In this document: piece after piece, positions 17,665 to 26,144 of the stretch | Layout of the letters: every line of letters starts with the position of its first letter | How positions within the stretch are numbered: position 1 is the stretch's first letter | The notes under the pieces: generated by a model | Told to the model about the DNA's origin: nothing | The model's input: only the letters and a program-made list of their open reading frames with translations | The model's database searches: none | Source: Nitrospirota bacterium | Lineage (GTDB): Bacteria; Nitrospirota; Nitrospiria; Nitrospirales; NS-4 | Reading direction: 5' to 3' | Length of the DNA stretch: 47,567 nucleotides | NCBI GenBank assembly: GCA_963788195.1 | Contig: CAWBGA010000003.1 | Span: 1-47,567, forward strand | Program-made: the position numbers and the translations under genes

Positions 17665-18429
17665 TCAGCACCGTTGTTGCCCACTATTGTTCTGCTCGTT
17701 ACTCTCCGGCACCTGATTTGCCGAATCCACTTGCAGAGAAGAAGACGGCGGTGACTGGATGCCGAAGGAGAACACCACTGCTTGAAACTGTCCGGGTTGG
17801 AGTCCCTGCACAGGAGCCGTTGAAGAGGCATATCTGGCCTGGCTCGGCCCGGCGGCAGCGGCGCCCTGATTGAAAACACCACCATGGAGAAAGTAAAGAT
17901 AGCTGACGCCCAAATTGATTTCTTCAATCCGTAGGCAGGTGGGCACTAAATCGGGACGTGGTTGAGGTTCGGGTGGTTGCAAAACTAGTTTGTTAGCTCT
18001 CATGAAAACTCGCGCATCCAGAATTCCACGCGATTGCACGCCGCTCACCGAACCATGGGCCTCAAGCGCGTTGTTGCCAGGCAGCAGAAGAATCAGGTGA
18101 TACACTTCAGATTCGAAGAGCATTCCCAAGGCAACTGGCTTCGGTGGGTTGGAGGTTGAACGCGTGGCTTGCGCGCTAATGAGGATAGGCGCAGCGCCTG
18201 TGGCCGGGACGAGCCGAAGTTGCGAGTCGGAATCCTGCTTGACCTCGTATGTTCCAGCTTGAACGACTACGTCGTTACCGTCCGATGTGGAGAAGTGCAC
18301 GGGTTGATTGAGTTCTATCTTCGATGGATCCTTGGGCGACGTTTTTCGGTCCGCCTCTGTCGTACCAACAGTGCTGCAGGCCGACAGCACGAGCATCGCA
18401 CTGACAAGAATTTCTGCTATCCTATTCAT
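17665..18429 (-). CDS. Lipoprotein: conserved domain plus CARDB-like Ig domain
   Basis: LSAC lipobox; domain ends GVQSRG; PDLVP...VFNQGAAAAG...GLQPG...VDSANQVPESNEQNN is the CARDB pattern. Confidence 0.85.
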   Translation of the reverse strand: MNRIAEILVSAMLVLSACSTVGTTEADRKTSPKDPSKIELNQPVHFSTSDGNDVVVQAGTYEVKQDSDSQLRLVPATGAAPILISAQATRSTSNPPKPVALGMLFESEVYHLILLLPGNNALEAHGSVSGVQSRGILDARVFMRANKLVLQPPEPQPRPDLVPTCLRIEEINLGVSYLYFLHGGVFNQGAAAAGPSQARYASSTAPVQGLQPGQFQAVVFSFGIQSPPSSSLQVDSANQVPESNEQNNSGQQRC

Positions 18430-18479
18430 TTTGATCACCCTTCTCCTTCCCCAAGCGCCATTTCGCCTCCGGCTTTTAA

Positions 18480-18512
18480 CATCCGAAAAGCGGAGTGGCC
18501 CCTTTTCTTCTG
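18480..18512. repeat. Second copy of the 33-bp element
   Basis: catccgaaaagcggagtggccccttttcttctg. Confidence 0.7.
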
Positions 18513-18545
18513 CCAAACTTCGAATTATCATATTCGGCCTTCAGT

Positions 18546-20078
18546 TCACGGAACGAGTTGCAATTTAATTCTCACCTCGCCCTGACCCGCATTACAGCCG
18601 GGAACTGATGGTCGGATCATGCGCAGCGCACCGGAATCATTGCTGAGGCACGCGTGCAGGACATTGGTGCCATCTAAATAGGAAGGCGGAGGCTGAGGAA
18701 TTCCTCCGCTGGGCTGGTCACCGTTGTACGTCCCTCCGAACGGGAGGCTGCACGGAATGGGTAAATAGCGAGGGCCAACCGGAAACTTGGTGGGCTGACA
18801 GGGGGGGATACTCGGCGATATAGAAGCAGCGCCGAGTGCTGTCGCAAGTCTTCTAGAATCGAGCGATATGAGGTCGCCCCCACGTGGCCTTACGCCTGAA
18901 GCCGACCCGAGCGCATCAAGCCGCTTACCGTCCGGCATGAGCAGCACAAGGTGCCACAGATCACCGCGATCTTCCGGTATCAGAAGCGCAGTCGCTTCAG
19001 GAATGGTTTCGGTGTGGGTACCCGGCAATCCCTGCAGCAATATCGACGGTTGTCCCTCTTTCGTTAAAGCGAAATTGACGTCCAGTACCGACTCGATTGT
19101 GTAGGCGCCTGCTTGAACCACGGCATCTTCGCCTTTCGCAGTGATGAAATGCAGCGGCCGATCCAGCGTGATAGCAGCTGAAGGCGCGGTATCCTGTGTG
19201 CCGCCTCCCGGCTCTGCAGCAGGATTCTCACCGCTTGCGGTCTGCTGTTCTTTGGGGTCTTCCGCCGATTGCGGATCTTCCGGCGAGTCGATTCCTCGAA
19301 GGCGGAATTTGGGTTTTGGGTCCATCATGGGGTTTTGCGGCGTCGGGATAGACTTAAACACGTTTGAACGTATACTTTCTTGCCTGCTTGCCGTGAGTGG
19401 CTGGTTGTACCGGGTGTACTCCGCGTATAACCGATTCCTATCGTTTGCGGAAATTACGCTGCCTGTCCTTGGAAAGCTCTGTGTCATGAGATCGGGGAAT
19501 GCCTGGGCCAAGTCGTCCGGGACATACGAGCCGCGTGGGCCGCAGCCCCCGGACTGCAGCCACGGGTCTCTGGTACACCGCGCCGTCCAGTACATGAAAA
19601 TCTTCCCTCCCGGTGCCCGATCCGGGATGAACGGCTCGAATCCTGTGATGGTCATCGATTCGGACGAATTCGGACGATTCGGGTCGGTTTCAGAGGGTGT
19701 CCAGGTCCCTTCCCAAAGACCCGTCAACTGCGCACCTGGCCGGGCCGGGCTCGTGCACGTGCTCTGGAATCGGTATTTCGCCTGCCCTTTCGGATATGGG
19801 AGGAATTGCGGAAGACCCGCAAGCAGCGGCGGTTGGCAGTCTATAGTAATACGCTCTGGAGGTCCTGTCCCGATCACTAGCTCCGAGGGACAGTGAAATC
19901 CAAAGGTCCACACACATACTACGGTGCCTATGGCGTCAAACACATCTGCGTCCGTGCGCACGGGCGTTGCAAGGATCCCAACCAGAAGCACCAACACTAC
20001 CACCAGTGCCATCCATTTGGGGGTGGATCGGCTTTGAGTTTCAGTTTTGCTGTGTTTCATATCCGTGGCAGCTTGCAT
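18546..20078 (-). CDS. Exported protein: N-terminal Cys-containing cargo, LRG-acidic linker, internal copy of the conserved domain, small C-terminal LHAC...GALRMI...C domain
   Basis: Signal/TM segment; ITLDRPLHF...HLVLLMPDGKRLDALGSASGVRPRG in the C-terminal half. Confidence 0.85.
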   Translation of the reverse strand: MQAATDMKHSKTETQSRSTPKWMALVVVLVLLVGILATPVRTDADVFDAIGTVVCVWTFGFHCPSELVIGTGPPERITIDCQPPLLAGLPQFLPYPKGQAKYRFQSTCTSPARPGAQLTGLWEGTWTPSETDPNRPNSSESMTITGFEPFIPDRAPGGKIFMYWTARCTRDPWLQSGGCGPRGSYVPDDLAQAFPDLMTQSFPRTGSVISANDRNRLYAEYTRYNQPLTASRQESIRSNVFKSIPTPQNPMMDPKPKFRLRGIDSPEDPQSAEDPKEQQTASGENPAAEPGGGTQDTAPSAAITLDRPLHFITAKGEDAVVQAGAYTIESVLDVNFALTKEGQPSILLQGLPGTHTETIPEATALLIPEDRGDLWHLVLLMPDGKRLDALGSASGVRPRGGDLISLDSRRLATALGAASISPSIPPCQPTKFPVGPRYLPIPCSLPFGGTYNGDQPSGGIPQPPPSYLDGTNVLHACLSNDSGALRMIRPSVPGCNAGQGEVRIKLQLVP

Positions 20079-20113
20079 GGCTTACCTCCTGAAGATGGTG
20101 GGATTCGCTGAAT

Positions 20114-22169
20114 TCAGAACGGGCCACGCTTGAAACAGCGCATTTTGAGCTGTGGCAGCTGCCCAAACAACGTGGAATAGCTCGCAGCCAAGGGAGCCAA
20201 CACCATTCCGTACCGGTTGGTCCTCGAGGCGTTTGGAGGCAGGCTCAGATTGATTTCACCGATTTTGCCGCCGACCATATACACGGCAAGCTCATATCCC
20301 CGTGGAAACACCAAATTATTATTGAACGCCGCACCGAAGAGATCGCGATAGCCGTTGGACATGATGTAAAGCTCCACATGGTAGCTGCAACTGCCCAACT
20401 CTCCTTTCTTTTGCCATGCGTAGGTCGGAGGAATGACTCGAACCGTAAACCCGGTCTTTCGTTCAGTGCCTTCATAGCCGACCTTCAAACCGAGATAGAA
20501 CGTCTTGATAAACGGCTGGTCGCCGATGCAGTGCAGCTTGATAGGAAGCCCCACTTTCTGCGTCTGTCCGGGGCCAAGCGAGACCGTCACGGGGGTGAAT
20601 GAGAATTGATCGGGAAAATTATCGGGCACGATTGTAACCTGATGAGGGCGCTGTTCGGCATTGCTGAGCGTGAGGGCCTGTGGAATCGTGTAGCCACACC
20701 GTGCGTCTGCAAACTGAGTGTTCACGATGTCGATCTCCGAGCTTTCCAGCGCGGGCAGAACGCCGATCCGGATGCCTTCAAAACGGCCGGACACCGGAAC
20801 TGATGCAAACCAATTTTGCCCTATAACGTCGAGCGCGGTCTGGTGGTTCCCAACATAGGTCCCGCTGAACAGGTCAAAATGGGGAACAAACTCCACAGTC
20901 ACCAAGACATCCTGTCCGGAACGGACGGGAATGGTGAAGGGCGGACTCGTCGCGAGGTCGGCGACTTGTGGTGTCACGACCTGACCGCTTATTGAGACAG
21001 CAGCGGTGGCCCTAAGGAAGATCCCTGTTGCTGCGCCGATTTTCACAATACGAAACGGTGTTTTTGGAGGGAGCGATGCCGTCACCGTGCCCGCTTTCGG
21101 CGCGGCGATCCGGACAGTTCTCCGTAGAGTTTGGCCATCGTAGAGGCTGCCCATAGCCAATTCTTGAGGCGCGAAATCAGTAATCCGCACGGTCCTTGCC
21201 ATAGCCTCAAGGTTCGCCCCCGGTTGGCTTACGCCCACGATGGACGCCCAATCGACCTTGCTATACATCCGCGCGGCGCTTGCCGCAGCCGACGGTGTCG
21301 TGACTGTGCCCTGGGGCAGTCCCCTTTCGATGACGTTCGAACTCTCGAGACCTGATTGGGGATTCGGCTCCAGACCGCGTGTAGTTATTTGCTGCATGTC
21401 ATATTTCGTTGTGAGGAGCGCTTTCAGATGATCCGGGCTGGCAAGCTCCTGAAGCATGTTCGGATTCATGCGTCCTGCCTGGACTTCTTGAATCATTCCA
21501 ACGACTATCTCCGGGGCGTTCATTCTCAGGTATCCCCACGAGACCGGGCCGACGAAATCGCCGACGATATCGATCACGCCGGTGTCCTCGACGTCCACGG
21601 CCGGCCCGGCGAATCCGCCCCCCACGATGTCAGACGGGCGAGGGACGCGCACTATAGCCGCCGGTTGCTGCACATAGGCCGGAGGCGCGGGTTGGATTGC
21701 GGGCGGCGGCGGCATCACCCTCATCTGGCTGGCCGCACTCTGCACTTGCATCCGATTAAGGCTCGTCCCAATGGCCGCCCGCGAGCGCGTACCGCTATAG
21801 GAACCTATCGCATCGAGACCTCCACCCCCCGGCAGGAGCAGGACGAGATGCACCTGATCATCCTGCCCCTCTTCGAGCACGGGTAGCGCCACGGGCGACG
21901 CTAGAGGCTCCTCGTGTGTGATTGCGCTGGCCTGGATCTCGACCGGCGGCCGGTCTCCACTGGGGAGCAGGCGAAGTGAGGAGGCTCCCGGCCTGTTCCA
22001 CGCCATAGCTATCCGCTAAAAGATGCACGTCGCTGCCGTCCGGCCTTGCAAAATGCACCGCCTGGTCCAGAGAGATGAATGGAGTCGATATTTCAATTGA
22101 ATAGACAGTTGAGGCAAAACAAAGAGTCGCCAGTAGAACACCGAACCTTGAACGTGCCACGAGACGCAT
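20114..22169 (-). pseudogene. Paralog of 15296-17359, split by a +1 frameshift near 21987 (real or assembly error)
   Basis: ORF 21858-22169 gives signal + LDQAVHF...YGVEQAG; ORF 20114-22006 continues ASSLRLLPSG...; removing one base of ccc (21987-21989) fuses them. Confidence 0.8.
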
Positions 22170-22305
22170 AGAGGGCCTCTTTCTCTCACTTTATTCGGTG
22201 CTCGCGACACGGCGAAATGCCTGCGCGCGTCTTGCTGGGAAAACCTGTCGCAGCGGTGCTGGAGGGGACCATTTAGCTCACTGGAGCTGTCCTGTCAATC
22301 GGGGA

Positions 22306-22824
22306 TTATTTGGTCTTTTCTTTCATTGTCTTCCTGAGCTTTTCCAGTACGGCGCCATGCAGCTGCTCGTTGGAAAGAAGCTGGAGAGCAGTACCGCGCG
22401 TACGGACACCGCTGAACGATCCGACCGCTTCAAGTCCCTTGCCCCCGGGTAGGAGCAGCACAATGTGCGGAATATTCGTCTCGTCCGGTACGTAAACCGC
22501 GACCGGAGATGGAACCGTATCTCGATGGCTCGTTTTCACAGCCTGAACGAGCAACGTCTCTTTATTACGCCTGATCGGAACAAACCGCAGCCCGCTTTGC
22601 TCGTCTAATAAAATCCTGTATATCCCCGGCGTGACAATCGCATCGCTGCCATCCGGTGTATTGAAATACACGGTTTGATCAATGGTCACCGTTGCTAAAT
22701 CTTCGGCAGTGAAGAGGTCAAACATGTCGGAGGCCATGGCTATCCACCCTTGTTGTGGATCAGCGCAAGGGTTCCCAATCAGAGCGCATGTGATGACGAC
22801 TGTGAAGACTAGGCGATAGAGCAT
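22306..22824 (-). CDS. Exported stand-alone copy of the conserved domain (no cargo)
   Basis: Signal-like N-terminus (alternative start 22899); TIDQTVYF...HIVLLLPGGKGLEAVGSFSGVRTRG followed by a short basic helix. Confidence 0.8.
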   Translation of the reverse strand: MLYRLVFTVVITCALIGNPCADPQQGWIAMASDMFDLFTAEDLATVTIDQTVYFNTPDGSDAIVTPGIYRILLDEQSGLRFVPIRRNKETLLVQAVKTSHRDTVPSPVAVYVPDETNIPHIVLLLPGGKGLEAVGSFSGVRTRGTALQLLSNEQLHGAVLEKLRKTMKEKTK

Positions 22825-23147
22825 TTGCTTTAGCGTTGGAACGCCAGCCTCCGGCCCTCTCACTTCCAGTGACACATCTCTGTCACCCTGTATAAGCATC
22901 GTTTATGCCTGATCGTTGAGTTCCAGTAGTAATCAAGATCTCAGAGAATAGAAACCTATTGTTTGAAATGAAGTATCTATTCTCGTACAGCTCGTATCTC
23001 TTTGGTGTCATCCAAGAGGGGATTCGGGAGATTTTCTGTTCAATATGGGACGCTCATGCCTGCAAGCGCAGACATATGAGCATCTGCCGTCCGGGTATAG
23101 TGCTTGCTCTTGATCCTTCGGGACAGCAGGGTTAGAGTGAGATTCCT

Positions 23148-25406
23148 ATGCCACTCATGCTGATCATGTTTCAAGGGTTTTTCCTGCTGGTTGTCGTCGG
23201 ATGGATGCTCGCCGGAGACTCCCTCGCGGCATCGGCCGTCTCAACAGCTCAAGGGCCTACCGGACGTGCGCTCTTGATCGCCATCAACAAGTACCAAAAC
23301 GTTCCACACCTGCGCGGCTCGCACAACGACATCGAGGCTATGCGGCAAATTCTCATGACGCGGTTCAGGTTTCCTGAAGACCGGATCCAGATTCTGAAAG
23401 ACCAGCAGGCCACGCGCGCGGGAATTCTTGCCGCTTTCGAACGGCTAGTGGGGGAAGCAAGCCCGCAGGACATGGTCGTCGTGCATTTCGCCGGGCATGG
23501 CTCGCAGGTGCAGGATCTCAATGGGGACGAGGAAGACGGCTTAGATGAAACGATTATTCCGTACGACGGCCGCACCGACGGCGTTCCGGATATTCTTGAT
23601 GATCAGCTGGACGAAATTTTCTCTCGCCTGAAGAGTCGCTCTGTGATGATCGTTCTGGATTCCTGCCATTCGGGAACGGCGACACGGGGTGTGCAGATCA
23701 CAACGCGTTCGGTGCCGCAAGACACCCGTATTGGGCTGTACCCAAAGCCAGCCATTGGCACACGGGGTGTGGTTCCTCTTCATCTTACCGCCCGTTATGT
23801 GCTGATGACCGGCGCGGCTTCTCACCAGGCGGCCCTGGATGGTCCGATTGACGGGAAGTTCCATGGATTCTTCTCATATGCACTGTCCCGGAGTTTAGGA
23901 TCGGCCCCCCAAGACGCCACACCACGGCAGGTATTCGATGGGGCGGAAAGAGAGTTGAAGCGAGTTCAGGCTCAACTTGGTCTTTCGTCCATGCCTGAGC
24001 CTCAACTCGAGGCGCCGCTCGAACGGATGAACCAGCCTCTGATCGCCCCGACCAGAGATCAAAGCGCGGCGAATCCAGTGCCACTGGTGCCACCCGGCGA
24101 GGTCCGCTTGCCATGGGTTGAACTGCATCCCACAGGCGCTGATCGTGGGCTCCTCGTAAATGGGATCGCATTGGGGGCGGCTCCTGGTTCCCTGTGGGCT
24201 GTATACCCTCCTGGAGAAACGGCCTTCATTCCAGGCCGTGGTCTGGCGATGGCGCGTGTGATCGAGTTGAGGGGTCCCGACGCGGTGGTCGTTGTTGAAG
24301 CGGCCGCTTCACCGCCTCTATCCGGATCGCGAGCCGTCGCGCTCGCGCCACCCACGCCTGGAGGAGTGCCGGTTCGATTCGTCAACATCCCGCCCGAACG
24401 CCGGGCGCGGTTGGAAGCTGCCTTGCGGCAACGTATCGGCGACCTGGCGATTGTGGGTGCAGGCGAGTTTGCTCGTTTTGTGGTGGAGGGAGAGGGCAAC
24501 GTCGTGCGTGTGACCGGCGCTGACGGACGGGAAACCGTGGCATCTATTCCCATCAGTAATGACTCGCAATTAGCCGAGAGCCTTGCTGCGCTCTTCGTTC
24601 GCTCGCGGAACGCCAGCGAGTTAATGTCCTTGGATAACCCTTCCTCCCAAATACGCCTTTCCGTGCGTGTTGCCTCAGACAGTATGCGGACCCGCGGCAC
24701 CGAAGAGTACAGCGCCACAAGAGGCATTCTGGTGGTCGCGGATACAACGGCTCCCCAGTACCGAATTCGCCGCGCATCGGAGCCTCGCATACCCGGCAAT
24801 AGTCTTCAGTTGGAGATCCAGACTAATGCCGATTGTTTTCTCACGATTGTCGATGTGGACTCCGAGGGGGGTGTTAATCTGCTTTTCCCGAATGCGCATC
24901 AGAAATCGGCGTTCCATCCGCAAGGGCGGGTGCAAGGAGGCCGAACTATCCTGTTACCGGATACTTTGCAATCCGGTAATCAGGCAGGCTTCCACTGGGA
25001 TTACTCACCGCCGGCGGGAATCGATACGATCCGGGTCTTCGCAAGCAGTGATCTGGCAACAGCGGAGATAATTCGCGGGTACATTCGCGCACCTCAGGTC
25101 GTGGCGATGAATCGAAGTACCAGCCCGACCGGCGGATCCGACGGGGGTTTCACAGCCGGAGGCTTGGGCAAATTGCGATACGATCTGGCACGACTCTCAA
25201 CACGAGGACTGATCGTCGTTCCAGACGTGGAACTGATGAAGGCGCAGTCGTCCACCCAACCGACATCGAATGCGGCCGGCCAGCCCGCGGGCCAACCGGT
25301 CCAGGGACCATCCGGAGGCTCAGGAGGCCAAGGCCTGAGTGCTGCTCAACTTGTGGGATCAGGAGATTGGACCGCCGCATCGCTCACAGTCCGTGTTGAT
25401 CAGTAA
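23148..25406 (+). CDS. Exported caspase-family (peptidase C14, meta/orthocaspase) protein with C-terminal DUF4384-like domain
   Basis: Signal peptide; RALLIAINKY, FAGHG (His), LDSCHSG (Cys), HGFFSYAL; LTIVDVDSEGGVNLLFPN resembles DUF4384. Confidence 0.92.
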   Translation: MPLMLIMFQGFFLLVVVGWMLAGDSLAASAVSTAQGPTGRALLIAINKYQNVPHLRGSHNDIEAMRQILMTRFRFPEDRIQILKDQQATRAGILAAFERLVGEASPQDMVVVHFAGHGSQVQDLNGDEEDGLDETIIPYDGRTDGVPDILDDQLDEIFSRLKSRSVMIVLDSCHSGTATRGVQITTRSVPQDTRIGLYPKPAIGTRGVVPLHLTARYVLMTGAASHQAALDGPIDGKFHGFFSYALSRSLGSAPQDATPRQVFDGAERELKRVQAQLGLSSMPEPQLEAPLERMNQPLIAPTRDQSAANPVPLVPPGEVRLPWVELHPTGADRGLLVNGIALGAAPGSLWAVYPPGETAFIPGRGLAMARVIELRGPDAVVVVEAAASPPLSGSRAVALAPPTPGGVPVRFVNIPPERRARLEAALRQRIGDLAIVGAGEFARFVVEGEGNVVRVTGADGRETVASIPISNDSQLAESLAALFVRSRNASELMSLDNPSSQIRLSVRVASDSMRTRGTEEYSATRGILVVADTTAPQYRIRRASEPRIPGNSLQLEIQTNADCFLTIVDVDSEGGVNLLFPNAHQKSAFHPQGRVQGGRTILLPDTLQSGNQAGFHWDYSPPAGIDTIRVFASSDLATAEIIRGYIRAPQVVAMNRSTSPTGGSDGGFTAGGLGKLRYDLARLSTRGLIVVPDVELMKAQSSTQPTSNAAGQPAGQPVQGPSGGSGGQGLSAAQLVGSGDWTAASLTVRVDQ

Positions 25407-25534
25407 AAAATCACGTGGATTTCGCTATTCGTCAGATCGCCGGCTCACATGGCCCCTTGGCCTTAAGGGCGTGCCGCCGGCCGACTCGCGGCATTCATTG
25501 AAGTGCGCGGCAAAGAAATTAGGATTATAAGCTG

Positions 25535-26095
25535 ATGCCTTCATTGCGCAATGCCGGGCGCGTGGCCGCGTTTACCGGCCATATGGTGGATGCGCCGGAT
25601 CGTCCGGCGCCGCGTTTTCCCCCAAAGAAAGTGGAGGCGGTCCGGAAGGCAATCGCTGAGCAGCTTAGAAAACATAAAATCGGGTACGGGTTTAGCTCGG
25701 CGGCACGGGGTTCGGATCTCCTTTTTCTCGAGGAGATTGCAAAGATCGGCGGCTGCGCACGGGTATTTCTTCCCTTTCCTCGGGAGGCATTTAAAAAGAC
25801 TTCCGTAGGCTACGGGTGGGATGATCGCTTCGAAAAAGCCATGAGTACTCATGAGGTCGTCGAGTTGGCGTCCGAAGTTCCCCCTGCAGACAAGCAACCT
25901 GAGGCATATGCCAATTGCAACCGGAAGATCTTTGAAGCGGCCCAGGCCAAGGCAAAACTGCTACATCAAAAGCCGGTGTTGATTGCTGTCTGGAACGGTA
26001 ATCCAGGAGATGGCGCAGGTGGGACGGGGGATGCCGTCCGTGACTGGCAGAAGGCAGGGCATGAGGTGGGCATCATCGACATCTCGAAACTGTGA
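25535..26095 (+). CDS. SLOG-superfamily (nucleotide-binding, YspA/DprA-like) protein
   Basis: AFTGHMVD...RFP, SSAARGSDLLF, LPF, AVWNG...GGTGD motifs. Confidence 0.75.
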   Translation: MPSLRNAGRVAAFTGHMVDAPDRPAPRFPPKKVEAVRKAIAEQLRKHKIGYGFSSAARGSDLLFLEEIAKIGGCARVFLPFPREAFKKTSVGYGWDDRFEKAMSTHEVVELASEVPPADKQPEAYANCNRKIFEAAQAKAKLLHQKPVLIAVWNGNPGDGAGGTGDAVRDWQKAGHEVGIIDISKL

Positions 26096-26144
26096 TGTTC
26101 CCGGCAGTAGGACTGCCGCAGGGATATCAAACGGAGAAGGCAAG

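Noticed and set aside
12..22899. Classical polymorphic toxin-immunity locus
   Set aside because: No small cytoplasmic immunity-like genes follow the cargos and no nuclease/deaminase toxin motifs are seen; only the modular layout is analogous.
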